Of a stretch of 64,000 nt of DNA, positions 26,871-39,530 are shown piece by piece. The first letter of the stretch is position 1. Each line of letters starts with the position of its first letter. Under the pieces are notes generated by a model. It ran no database searches, was not told the origin of the DNA, and worked only from the letters and a program-made list of their open reading frames with translations. Both the position numbers and the translations under genes were made by a program. Source of the DNA: Camelus ferus (lineage: Eukaryota); the NCBI RefSeq assembly GCF_009834535.1, contig NC_045696.1, positions 110,362,001 through 110,426,000 on the forward strand. Direction: 5' to 3'.

Positions 26871-28119
26871 GCATTTTAACTTTAAAAGTATAAAGTCATA
26901 GAAAATTGATTCTTACGCTTGGAACTCAAGTGAAAAAGTAATGACATTGTTTTAAGGACTTTTATTAAACCTCAGGAAAATCTAATGATGTAGGTTTGGA
27001 AATCAAACTCAAGTTTGAGATGAAGAAGCTGAAGTAAACAGTATAGAGTCATTTCTGTGGTCTACACAGCCAGGAGGGGTAGAATTAGGATTCAAACCCT
27101 GGTGTAATTAACCACCTCACTACAGCTATGTCTGAAGATGGTTTGTCGTAACAGTGATGCTGGAAAAGGAAAGTTTGGGTTCTTTTTTACCAAATATATA
27201 GCAAGTCTTTAGCCTAAGCATCATGTGGATAAAGAGAATATATGAACACTAAGTAGCCAGTCCAGACCTTATTCAAAGAGGTGCCTTAGTAGGAAATTAC
27301 AAGGAAAGATGATGATCTGTGGAACCACAGGGATAGAAGTGATTAGATTTTGTCTCATACTACAATACATCTTATTTCTATTTATTCTTATTTCACCTGT
27401 CAAAATTTTAAAAAACATTTACTCTTATCTTCATAGGAATAAATAAACATGGCTTTGAGTTGTAACAAAGCATGAACATTACATTGAGCAGCCCCCATAA
27501 CCAAGATTAAAGTCATTTCAAATGAACCCCATTTAAAACTAACGTGGAAGTTTTAGCTACAGTGTATTGTGTAGCCTGCTTTCCATACACCTCCCTGTAT
27601 ACAATAGCTTTGATTTAATGTGGGAGAAAAGACGCAAATAAAAATGTCACAGAATAAATAGGAGCCTTATGGCACATTTATTTCCCAAAAGTCCCTTCCT
27701 TTAATGAATGAATTCACTACATCTTCCTTAGTAAGGCAAAATGGCAGGCAATTTAAATTCAAACACCCATGCAGGACATAGCCAACTTAGCAGGTCGCAA
27801 AAAAGAACTCAGAGGGAGCAGGGAAGATATTAGCCACCATAAAGAAACAACAGAAGATAAATAATAGAATCTTGCTTACCACACAGGCCTCTAACTATAG
27901 GGGATAAAACTTCCTTGATGTTTTTCTCAAATGAAACACTAAATCGAAAGGCCTCGGAAAAGGAAAGCATTTATTTGGGTGAAAGAAACATAAATAAAAT
28001 AGTTATATAAATAATGGTAATGCCAAAGATGTAACTGGTGCATGCAAGCCAAAACTTCTGCAAACACTCTAAATTACAGTGCAAAGGGGCTCAGGTCTTC
28101 TACAGAAGGCCTTTAGAAA

Positions 28120-28515
28120 GTGCTGCTCACTAGAACTTTCTGTGATGATGGAAATGTTCTCTATCTGTTCTGTCCAGTGTGGTAGTCACTAGCCACGTGT
28201 GACGAGTTGAGCACATAAAATGTGGCCAGTGTGACTGAGGAACTGAAGTTTTAACTTTATTTAAGTTTAATTAATTTAAATTTAAATAACTAGGGGGAGG
28301 GTATAGCTCAACTGGTAGAGTGCATGCTTTGCATGCACGAGGTCCTGGGTTTAATCCCCAGTATCTCCTTCAAAGACAAATAAATGAATAAACCTAGTTA
28401 CCTCCCCCTCACAAGACAAACAAAACAAGCAAAAACATATGCTTTTAAAAACTGTTAAAAAAAAATAAAATAAATTTAAATAGCCAAATGTGGCTAATGG
28501 CCATTGTATTGAACA
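28120..28515. mobile_element. MER3-like hAT DNA transposon split by the SINE
   Basis: tagaactttctgtgatgatggaaatgttctctatctg..atttaaatagccaaatgtggctaatggcca. Confidence 0.85.
28293..28471 (+). mobile_element. tRNA-derived SINE, camelid Vic-1-like
   Basis: gggggagggtatagctcaactggtagagtgcatgc..gaggtcctgggtttaatcccc with Pol III A-box and B-box-like motifs, an A-rich tail and a 15-bp TSD aaatttaaataacta (28278-28292) / aaatttaaatagcca (28472-28486). Inserted inside a MER3-like element. Confidence 0.85.
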
Positions 28516-29789
28516 TAGCCTTCAAACAGTTTCAAAGAAAAAGACAAACGTTTGAAACTGATCTTATCTTCAAAGAAACCCCGATGACTCTGTCATTCCC
28601 CAAACTGACTTTTGAACATTAGTCAGTCTGTACAGTTGAAAGAGTGTGATTTGTTGTAGACACCTGCTGTTCCCAGAGGAGAAACTTACAGCCATGTCTG
28701 ATGAAAATTTGCCCCACAGTAATGAAGTGGATTGTGACATTCAGGAAGACTCTCACTCCTTCCCTTGACCCATGAGATTCCCAACGCATGGCCTTACACA
28801 GAGTTGAGGTAGTCCTTTATCTGATTCTTGGATTCTAAACTAAGAAAATAACCAGGTCTCCTGGTGGGTTTCTGGAGAAGAAATTAAATTTGGTCTGACA
28901 GGCTGGCCTCCTTTGGCAAGAGCTTGTCACTGTTGCTAACAGATTTCTTCCAGGTGCTCAGCTCCTCCACATGCTATAATGCTATAGCATTATAATCCAC
29001 TATAATCCTCTAACTTTCTACCCTCCCCTGAATAAATTTACTCCTTGGTGGAAACCCCCCATGGAATCTACGCAGTGAAATTCACTTCAACTAACCAAAG
29101 CATTAAGATTTTGTTATGAAGAAGGTCATAAATTCAGCTAAAGATGGAATGCAGATTTCATTTAATCAACTGGTAATAACTGCCTGGAGCAGTTATTAAT
29201 AATAAATTAATAATGTCCTGAGGTGTCTTGAAGTGTATTTAGGCTTAGCAGAAAATCATGTTGTAATCATTTAGCAATATCTTCCATGCGCTCACAAATG
29301 GGACTTGCGGCTTCTCTGCTGTCTACCTGCCATCCCTACATGAGACAATGTAGGGATACACAGTTGCGGAAAACATAATCCACACACATTTGCCACTAAA
29401 TATTTCACAAGAGAGCATTATAAGGACAATAGAAGCACAGAGATCAACTGCAATGGGAAATATCATGGCTGGCATCATGGAAGAGGTGACGTTTGAGCCA
29501 GGGTTTGAAAGATGCACGTATGGAAGAGTATCTAAGGAGGGCAAAGGCATCACTGCCAACAAGAGACACAGGAATACACAGCCTGTCAGAGGAAGGGCGG
29601 ATGTGTGACACAGGCAGAAAGAGTGGGGTTCTTATGACCATTATCATTCTAATAACCATTTTTTCTTCTTTATTAGTTTGTAAAATTTTTACTTATGTTC
29701 AGGCAGCAAAATACACAAAGAAGTTGGGCCTCTCACCTTTCAACCTTTCAGGAGTTGGTCTATAAAATTCATTGCCCTCTGCTAGTGAT

Positions 29790-31485
29790 TTTTCCCATAG
29801 GCACAGAAAAGATGTTCAACAAAATTCAGTGTACATGCACAATCCATTTTGGAGTGATGGATATGTTTATTACCTTCATTGTGGTTTCACAGGTGTATGC
29901 CTATGTTCAAACTCACAAAATTGTATACATCAAACATGTACAGGGTTTTTTGTATATCAATAACTATAACTCCATAAAGTTGTTTAAAATAACTCTCATC
30001 AAAGCAGGAATAAAAAGGAGTTTCCTCCATCTGATAAAACGTATCAACAAAAAATGTGCAACTAATGTTTTCCCTAATAGTGAAATATTGAATTTTCACC
30101 TAAGAGTGGGAGCAAGGCAAGGATGTCTGCTCTCACAACTTTTACCAAACATTGTCCTTAAGGCCCTAGGCATACATTAAAACAAGAAAAATAAGTAAAA
30201 GACATAAAATTTGGAGGGAAGAAGTAACACTATCTTTATTTGCAGTCAACAAGACTATATGCATGAAATGTTTTAAAGAATCTACTACACGACCAGTAGA
30301 ACTAATAAGTGAACTTAGCAAAGGCACAGGACACAAGATCAATACACAAAAATCAATTGCATTTCTGTATTTGGGGAACAAGCATTTGGAAGATAGATTC
30401 TTTAAGATACCATCTGAAGTATATCCTCAAAAGCATTGAAAGCAGGGATTCAAACAGGTACTTGTACCCCCATATACACAGCAGCATTATTCACAACAGC
30501 CAAAAAGTGGAAGCATCCCAAGTATCCATTCCATCACTGAATGAATGGAGTAAACAAAATATGGTATATGCATACAATGGACGATCATTCAGCCTTAGAA
30601 AAGGAAGGAAATGCTGACACATGTTACAACATGGATGAACCTCGAAGATATGCTAAGCGAAATAACCCAATCACAAAATGACGCATATTGTATGATTCCA
30701 CTTATAGGAGGTACCTAAAGGAGTAGGTAGAGAAGTCAAATTCATAGAGACAGTGAGTAGAATGGTGGTTTCCAAGAGCTACGGGGAGGGTGGAATCAGG
30801 GACCTGTTGTTTCATGGGTACCAAGTTTCAGTTTGGGAAGATATAAAGAGTTCTGAAGATGGATGGTAGTGATGTTGCACAACTGTGAGAACGTATTTAA
30901 CACCATGGAACTTAAAACACTGAAACACTTAAAAACAATTACAATGGTAAAAGTTTATATTATGTTTATTTATCATAATTTAAAAAAATTTAAAGTCATT
31001 AACAGTAGCACAAATATATATATACATACACATATATATATATACATATAAATACACACACATACACACACACACATCTATCTATATGTATATGACTTAA
31101 CAAAAGACATGCAAGGCTCTGTACACCAAAACCCACATCCATTGTTGAGCAAAGTTAGAGAAGTCTTAAGTAAACAGAGCAAAAAAACAATGTTCGAGAC
31201 TCACCTTACCTGATTTCAAGATTTATTATAAAGGTACAGTAATCAAGACAGTGTAATATTGATGAAGGATAAATAGATTAGAAGAACAGATTAGAGAGCC
31301 CAAAAACAGAACATGCATTTATAGTCAAGTGATTTTGGACAGAAGAGCTAAGGAAATTCAATTGGGGGAAGGAAAGTCTTTTTAATAAAAGGTGCTGGTA
31401 CAACTGGATAGGTATATGGGAAAATATTAATATGAGATGAATTATAAACCTAAATGCAAAAGTTAAAGCTATAAAGCTTCTAGGA
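29790..31485 (+). mobile_element. Old L1M ORF2 fragments with a nested L1MA/MB-type 3' end (~30415-30990) and an L1MC-type tail (~29835-29985)
   Basis: Degenerate RT-region sequence (GARQGCLLSQLLPNIVL; caaaaatcaattgcatttct; gatttcaagatttattataaagg) interrupted by a 3'UTR-type segment. Confidence 0.85.
31014..31092. repeat. Compound (TA)n/(CA)n repeat
   Basis: Direct reading. Confidence 0.9.
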
Positions 31486-33328
31486 GACCACATATGGTCT
31501 GGAGCAGGGCCCAAGAATTTGCACTTCAAGCAAGTTTCCCAGGTGATATGCTGGCTGCTGGCCCAGGGACCACAGTTTGTCATTATTTCTTAACAGTGTG
31601 GTGCAAGGGGAAAAAAATACAATGCTAACATTTGTTTTTCCACTCATCTCTTCCTTTGAATAATTAGAAAATAAAATAGTAACTTCTTAGGAATAAATGG
31701 AAACTATTAGTAATTTAGGATTAAGCAGACCTGACAGAAGTTGTGAAGAAACATCTTTTTCAGCCATGTTGAATTTAGGGAAACCACAGGCTGACTAGAT
31801 AGGTACCCCAAGAGAAATGTACTGCCTTAGCCCAAAGAAAAATAGTCATGCATATAATACATACCCTTGTTTAAGTGCCCACTGTGAGGATAATCTATTC
31901 AAATACAGTTCAGCCTAGAGGCCCATTCTTGGTAGATCGCGTTTCATGATGAAGTATCATCGCCACTTCCCTGGATTAGGAAAAACCTTCTGTGTAGAGA
32001 CTTCCCTAATGTTCTTCTGTGAATTGTTTGCCATGACAGTCACTCCCATGTCATGCTTCTTTTTGCTGTCCTTTAAGTGTTAGCCAGGCAGTCTGCAGTT
32101 AGTCTGCAGTCTGCCCTTCTCTCCCAGGGCCAGATCAGTAAACAAGCTTCAGACAAACAGGTAGCATCAAGGAATTTTACAGCTTTAAAAAGGAGACCTT
32201 GCAGATGATGGTCTTACAGAGTCACAGACTGTGCGAGGCTTAAAAGCACATGCTATGGAGTTGGGCAGCTCTGAGTTAAAGTCCTGCTTTACCGCTTAAC
32301 TAGGAAGGGTTTCTGGAGCAGTTTCTTCAACCACTTAAGGTCTCGGTTTTCTCATGTGTAAGATGACCTCTTGTGAAGATTAAAATGGGACAGTATGTAG
32401 AAAGTACTCAGCCTGTTGCCTGTGCCTATTGTGAGTAACTATTTTAAGTGTAATTGGGATATCTTAAACCATATAAACGAGCATTTCTCCTTTGTATTTT
32501 CCCATGAAGCATCTCTTTAGCATTAATCTGAGGAAGGGGAGTGTGAGTAGAAAGAGGAGGAAAGACAATTAGGAGATTTACTGCTGAAACATAAAGAAAA
32601 ATAGTTAATATTCAGATTCTAGCAGCCAAAAAAAAAAAAATGTTTTTGAGCACATACTAAGACATAGAGAGAGAGAAAGAATCTGAGGTGCTGAGCATTT
32701 TATCTGAGACTGAATGTTTACCTAAAGGGGCCACACGTGGTAGATTGTTTGGCAAACTGACAGCTACCATTCCCCCTCTTTGTGTCCAGGCCCCTTGCAA
32801 TGTGACTTTGCAGCTCCTCTCATCGGGTGAATGGTCCAGCAGACTAAACAGCATGTGTGAAGACCCCAAAGCAAGAAGGAGCTTGACAATGTTCAAGAAA
32901 CACACAGAAGGCTGGAGTGCAGGAAGAGGGGCTGGGGAACAACAGAAGATGAAGTGAGGGAGCGGACAGCGCCAGAGTACACCCAGCTTTTGAGATTAGA
33001 AATCCCTGGCAATAGTAGAAGGAAAAACCCAAACCACTGTGGCCTGCTTATACATGAGTACAGGAGGACCTATGGTTAAAATGGCAAAAAGCTTTCATTA
33101 CAGTTGGTAAACAGCCACTGTACGGATCTACTCAAGCATCCTCACAGTCTGGCCAGCCAGGCTTCTCTCCCAGGGCCATAAACCTTCCAGGATCCTGTAA
33201 TTTAAGAATTCAGGGTACCTAGAAACTGATCCAGGGCAATTACTGCAAATGTGTAACATTATCCCCAGGGGAAAGGGAGAGCATTTCTTTATCTACATCT
33301 TTATGAAGTTCAAAATAAGCATGAATTC

Positions 33329-34339
33329 CAGTACATATAAACAGCTCATACAACTTAATAAGAAAAAAACAACCCAATCCAAAAATGGGCAGAAAACCTT
33401 AACAAGCAATTCTCCAATGAAGACATACAAATGGCCAATAGACACATGAAAAAATGCTCAATATTATTAATTATCAGAGAAATGCAAATCAAAACTGCAA
33501 TGAGGTATCACCTCACACCAGCCATCACTGGTGTGATATGTCATCACTAAAAAGTCCATGAACAATAAATGCTAGAGAGGGTGTGGAGAAAAATGAACAC
33601 TCCTACACTGTTGATAGGAATGTAGTTTGGCACAGCCATTATAGAAAACAGCATGGAAATTCCTCAAAAAAACTAAAAATAGACTTACCAAATGATCCAG
33701 CAATCCCACTCTTGGGCATATTTCTGGAGAAAATTCTAGTTCAAAAAGACACATGCACCCCAATGTTCACAGCAGCACTATTTACAATAGCCAAGACATG
33801 GAAGCAACCTAAATGTCCATCCACAGATGAATGGATAAAGAAGTTGTGGTATATTTATACAATGGAATACTACTCAGTGATAGAAAATAATAAAATTAAT
33901 GCCATTTACAGCAACATGGATGGACCTGGAGATTGTCATTCTAAGTGAAGTAAGCCAGAAAGAGAAAGAAAAATACCATAGGATATCACTCACATGTGGA
34001 ATCTAAAAAAAGATAAAAAAGGACACTACTGAACTCATCTACAAAACAGAAACAGACTCACAGACATAGTAAACAATCTTATGTACCGGTGGGGAAAGAG
34101 GGTAGGAAGGGATAAATTTGGGAGTTTCAGATTTGCAAATGATAACCACTATATATAAAAACAGATTTAAAAAAAACAAGTTTCTTCTCTATAGCACAGG
34201 AAACTATATTTAATATCTTGTAATAACCTTTAATGAAAAAGAATATGAAAATGAATATATGTACATACACATGACTGGTACATTATGCTGTATACCAGAA
34301 ATTGACACATTATAACTGAATACACTTCAATTTAAAAAT
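33329..34339 (+). mobile_element. 5'-truncated young L1 (ORF2 C-terminus + 3'UTR)
   Basis: ORF 33583-33948 contains the L1 ORF2 C-terminal motifs DPAIPLLGI..CTPMFTAALFTIAKTWKQPKCPSTDEWIKKLWYIYTMEYYS. Canonical 3'UTR; TSD ataagcatgaattc at 33315-33328 and 34340-34353. Confidence 0.95.
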
Positions 34340-35349
34340 ATAAGCATGAATTCATTTAATTGGTAAATATTTATTAAGGACCAACTATGGGCGATGAGGT
34401 ATTGGAGGTGTGAGGGATGCGTGAGAGTAAACAAACCAGTTTCTGCCCTCATAAAGCTTAAAGTTCAGCCTTTAGGCAAATTACTGCCTGCAGGGAGCAA
34501 TTTTTAGGCAGTGGTTCTCAACCTAAACTACACAACAGAATGATCTGAGAGTTTTTACAAGTACTGATACCTGGGACCCATCCCCAGAGGGTCTGATTTA
34601 ATTGCTGAGTTGTGGCCAGGACATTAGAAATTTCTAAAAGCCCCCAGCTGATTCAATGTGCTGCCAGGGCCAAGAAAATTTCTTCTAGAGAGATGTGAGC
34701 CAACGTGGATAACAGAATTGGACTGTGATATTTAATAAAATTGATGGGCTCAGTCCTAGAGGGTTAAGTCTTGGCTGCATGTTAGCACATAAAGATAAAT
34801 CAGGATGAAAATATGATTCCTTAAGAGGTATTTTTCAGAAAGTTCTGGAGGCTGTCTTTGTAGAATGGTGTTCTGACAAATGCTGGCTGACAGTCTGACC
34901 CAGCGTCAGGCAGGTCAACGACTCGTATTCTGCCAACGCACAGCAAAACTCTGGGCTTTGTGAAAATGTGCAGTAGAATTCCTCAGGAGAAGGACTTCCA
35001 AATGTGAACATTCTTGCCACCTTTCCCTTCTCCCACCACAACCATCTGTCCTCGAACTGTGCATCCCACCCAAAACCAGTGGTCAGACTGAGGAAAGGGC
35101 GTACACCCAGAACTCCAGAACTCGGGTCAGGATTCAAGCCCTTGGGCTCAAGAACCGAATTTAGTGTATTGAGATTGCTTTTCACATGGCAATGGCCAAG
35201 TTACCTCTCTAACTGCTTTCCAGTTGCTTCCCTCAGCTGTCCATCAAGTGACAAATGCTTAGGATGAAACAGAATCAGAAACACCTCAAAGATTTCAGGT
35301 TTGACCCCAAGGGGAGTCAAGAGGAGCTGTGGAAACCAAAAGGTGCCCC

Positions 35350-36212
35350 ACATCCAGATGGCCGACAGGCACATGAAAAGATACTCAACATCGCTAATTG
35401 TTAGATAAATGCAAATCAAAACTACAATGAGGTGTCACCTCACACTAGTCAGAATGACCATCATTCAGAAGTCCACAAACAGTAAATGCTGGAGAGGGTG
35501 TGGAGAAAAGAGAACCCTTTTATACTGCTGGTGGGAATGCAGCCACTATTGAGGATTCTATGGAGGTTCCTTAAAAAACTAAAAATAGACTTATCATATG
35601 ATCCAGCAACCCCACTCCTGGGCATATATCCAGAGGGAACCTTAATTCAAAAAGACACATGCACCCTAATGTTCACAGCAGCACTACTTACAATAGCCAA
35701 GACATGGACAGATGTCCATGTCCATGGACAGATGACTGGATAAAGAAGATATGGTATATTTATACAATGGAATACTATTCAGCAATTTAAAAAATTAAAA
35801 TAATGCCATTTGCAGCAATGTGGATGGACCTGGAGACTGTCATTCTAAGTGAAATAAGTCGGAAAGAGAAAGAAAAATATCGTAGGATACACTTATATAT
35901 GAAATCTTAAAAAAAAAAAAAAAAAAAAGGACACAAATGAACTTATCTACAAAACAGAAACAGACTCCAGACATAGAGAACAAACTTATGGTTACCAGAG
36001 GGTACAGGGGGTGGGAAGGGATAAATTGGGAATTCGAAATTTGCACCTCTTGGGAAGAGATGGAAATGTTAGCTATCTTGATTGTGGTGGTGGTTTCATG
36101 GGTGTACACATCTATCAAAATTCATCAAATTGTACATCTGAAATATGTGTAATTTACTGTACAGGAATCATACCACAATAAAGGTGTTAAAAAAAAAAAA
36201 AAGAAAGAAAGA
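35350..36212 (+). mobile_element. 5'-truncated L1 (ORF2 C-terminus + 3'UTR) with chimeric L1M-type 3' end, copy B
   Basis: ORF2 remnant [44 protein letters not shown]. The 3'UTR switches after gaaatttgca (~36045) to an L1MC/ME-like tail with AATAAA and poly(A). Confidence 0.9.
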
Positions 36213-37108
36213 AATGCTGGACTGCAGCACAAGGATTTTTCCAGATCCACTGGGTCACAGAGAAGCAGCAAAGCACATCCTAGGGCAGTGAATGTGCTCG
36301 GGGCCAGCTCTTGATTATTCCATCCTAATGAAGGGGAACGGTGACGTGGATTTTCTCAAACAGCAGCTGACTTTAATGAGCGGTTTGGTTTTGACTCTGG
36401 AAATCACTACTAGGTAAATAAAAAGGTACTCAGCATGTCTGAGCGTGATTCAGCCGGGCAGCATGGAATGTGGCCAAGAACATAGACAGAAAATGGCTAG
36501 GATTTCAATACTCAGCCGAGAAAACCCAGAAAATGGAAATATCTTAGTGGAAATTACAGAGCCCTGAACTATGATTTAGAAGGGAAGAATTCTTATCTCT
36601 GATCTATCATGACCAGGTGTGTGACCCCTAGGTAAGTAATTTCTCTGTGCCTCAGTTTCCTCACTTTTAAAATGAGGGGAATGGACTTAAATGATCTCCA
36701 GTAGGATGGATGGGTAAATTTAATATCTGTATGCATGAAAGAGAAAATGTTGATATGCGGAGCCTGAAGCTTGCTGGGAGGGAGTAGCCAAATTTCCGTT
36801 TGGAGCCTGACACACCTAGGGAATGAGGACAGGAGGTAATCAAAACCTCACACTTTGTCTCAGAAATTAACTAGTCAGGGGAACTGGGGGTTGCCCTGAG
36901 CAAGCCCCAGAGTCAGGAAACAGCCACCAGAGCCCTTAGAAAAACTCACCACCAAGGAGAAAAAATAGGACCACCAGCCCAGCCTTTGCACTGACATAGT
37001 AATTCAAAAGTGTGTGCACGCTGGGTGCGGACCTAACCCAGGAATCAGGTGGCAGGCTTGTCCAGGAGGAGTGGCTGTGTGAGTGAATGTGAGGACCCGT
37101 GACAATGG

Positions 37109-37649
37109 TGTTACCTGAAAAGGTGAAGACCCCAGTTCTTGCCGTACTCCAAAGACAAGTTTGTAGTCGGAGGACAGTGCATTGTGTAGCAAAAGATTTT
37201 AAAAGATTCATTTAGGAAAGGAAAAGTACGCCTCCAAGAATGGGAGGTGGGCTGATCCAAGGGAGGAAAAGCGGCAGTTTCTGTCTTCCCTTTTTCTTAT
37301 ACCCTTATTCAGAGGTGGTCTCTCGATTGATTGACAGCTCTTGTCCCTGGAGCGCTTAATCATGTTTGGCCCCTTTTCTCCTGTCCTTACCCATGGTGTA
37401 CACAGAAACACCCATGGTGGGGGAGGGCTAAACCTCAATGTTAATTATAATACAATGAGCTTTGGGTCGTATCCGGTTAAGTTCTTCCCCCTACGGTGCA
37501 GTTGTGGCTGTCGGGTTCTAATTGGTTTCTTGTGCTCATTAAGAAGTCAAGTCCCTTTATGCTGGAGGCAGGCATAATGTCATCTTCCAGACCACCCTCC
37601 CTCTCCTCCACCCACCTGCCCAGGGCCCCACTTGTCTAACTACCTAACA
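37109..37649 (-). mobile_element. Solo ERV1-type LTR (copy 1)
   Basis: Minus strand tgttaggtagttaga..caggtaaca; 4-bp TSD atgg (37105-37108, 37650-37653); homologous to 38996-39530. Confidence 0.88.
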
Positions 37650-38879
37650 ATGGGAGTCCAAGCCAAGTTTGCCTGGAGCCCACTGCTGCCTGAACTTACC
37701 CTGAGGGCTAGGACCTTCTCTCTGGCCTCTTAAAGAAGAGTAGTGTCCCAAGCAGGGGTCTACACTCACGGCTTCTCCTGGAACCACCAGCCTCTGTGGA
37801 GCGGCAGAGTCCCCTGGTTTGAGTTGAGACTCCAGAGGCTGAAAGGAAATGACCAGGACGGCCTGGGCCTATTAGGGGAAGGGACACTATTTCCTGTTCA
37901 CTGGGCAAGCGAGGGTTTCCACATTTAGTTTTGGGCCCCCATCTGAGTGGTGCCTTATTTGCATTCCAAACTATAAATTGGGGCACTCCAGTTACAGATC
38001 TGTAAGATCCCTTACAGCTCTAATATGTTGTGGTTTTAGTGTACAATTAAAAATGAAACCCAAAGACTGACTTTAATCCAGAGTTTAGCATATAACTATA
38101 TCCTTAAGTGTGCAGACACTGGACTCTTGTCTGAAAAAAGGGAGAGATGTGTAAATTAGGGATTCATCTGTGACCACTACGTAGCCTAAAATTAACACAG
38201 AGGGTGTATCACTGTTAATGATCCATGAATTCACTCCTTATGCGTACATTAGAGTTTATTAAAGTGAAAGCAGGAATGCAAAAATAATTATACAGTTTGC
38301 ATATCTATAAGTTTTTCCTTATAGAAGACAGATTTGTATGTATGTGTACAAGTGTATTGTGCTGAAATTTAAACTGAAACACATGCTTGCTTCAGTGGAA
38401 AGTGATCAGTATATTAATTTCCTGTTTCAAATAGCCTTAGACAATAACCATCAACTTTGTAAATGTGTTTGACCCAGCGATTACACATGTAGACATTTAT
38501 CCTGATGAAATTTTGCACATGTATACAAAAATAAATATATAGGAATGTTCATTGTCACAACGTTGTTAACAAGGAAAAAACTGAAAAGAATTGAAATGCT
38601 CACTAATAAGGTATTAGTTAAATCATCAGTCATCCATATGCAGGGCTACTCTGCAATTGCTGAAAATAGTCAAACATGCTTGTATTGCAGAGAAATAATT
38701 TTATATTAACTCATGTAGCTGTCATTTAAAATCTGTTTGTTTGTTTACCCTACATCCATTCTCTGCTTTCAATCAAATCTATATTGAGTCTGAGGCCCTC
38801 ATTGTGTCAGGGAGTTTTGGTTACAAACAGTGCAGATCACAAAAAAAGGTAATTCTCAGTGCTTCACGCCAAAGACTAG

Positions 38880-38995
38880 AGACCCAGAGAGAGGTATGCT
38901 CACCATCCCCCTGGAACGCTTTTGAAAATGAAAGGGAATGTTGTTAATAATGACATGGAAATAACCTGGACTGTTCTGAGGAAAAAGGGACACAC
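38880..38995. mobile_element. MER94-like hAT fragment
   Basis: tttgaaaatgaaagggaatgttgttaataat..cctggactgttctgaggaaaaagggaca resembles remembered MER94 consensus. Confidence 0.5.
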
Positions 38996-39530
38996 TACTA
39001 GGTAGTTAGATACTGGGGGCACCAGGCAGGTAGGTGGAGGAGAGGAGACGTAATGCCCGCCTCCAGCATAAAGGGACTTGACTTCTAACTGAACGCCAGC
39101 AAGAAAGCAGTTAGAACCCGACAGCCATGGCTGTGCGGTAGTGGGAAGGACTTAACTGGACACCATTCAATGTTCATTATAATATAATTAACACTGAGGT
39201 TTAGGGCCCCCTGCCATGGGTTTTTCTGTGTGCATCATGGGTAAGCATATGCACAAAGGGACCACACATGACTAAGCACTCCAGGGACGAGAGCTGTCAA
39301 TCAATCAATAGATCACCTCTAAACAAGGGTATGAGAGAAAGGGGAGACAACAACTGCCGCTCTTCCTCCCTTGCATCTGCCTGCCTCCCGTTCCCAGAAG
39401 TGTACTTTTGCTTTTCTAAATAAATCTTTTAAAAAATTTTCCCTACACAACTCACCATCTCCCAGTTGTAATTTTATCTTTCGGGTATGACAAGAACTGG
39501 GCTGTTTCCTCTTCACCTATTGGGATAACA
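38996..39530 (+). mobile_element. Solo ERV1-type LTR (copy 2, same family)
   Basis: tactaggtagttaga..gcctccagcataaagggacttgacttct..aataaa..ggataaca, colinear with the reverse complement of 37109-37649. Confidence 0.85.

Noticed and set aside
28293..28370. Possible tRNA-Ala gene
   Set aside because: Has an A-rich tail, a TSD and a degenerate B box, so it is a SINE.
33583..33948. 121-aa ORF (and similar ORFs at 35486, 51468, 55398)
   Set aside because: These are L1 ORF2 C-terminal remnants in truncated elements, not host genes.
3771..36190. Terminal inverted repeats of a 32-kb DNA transposon
   Set aside because: Each repeat has its own poly(A) tail and L1 character, so they are independent retrotransposon copies.
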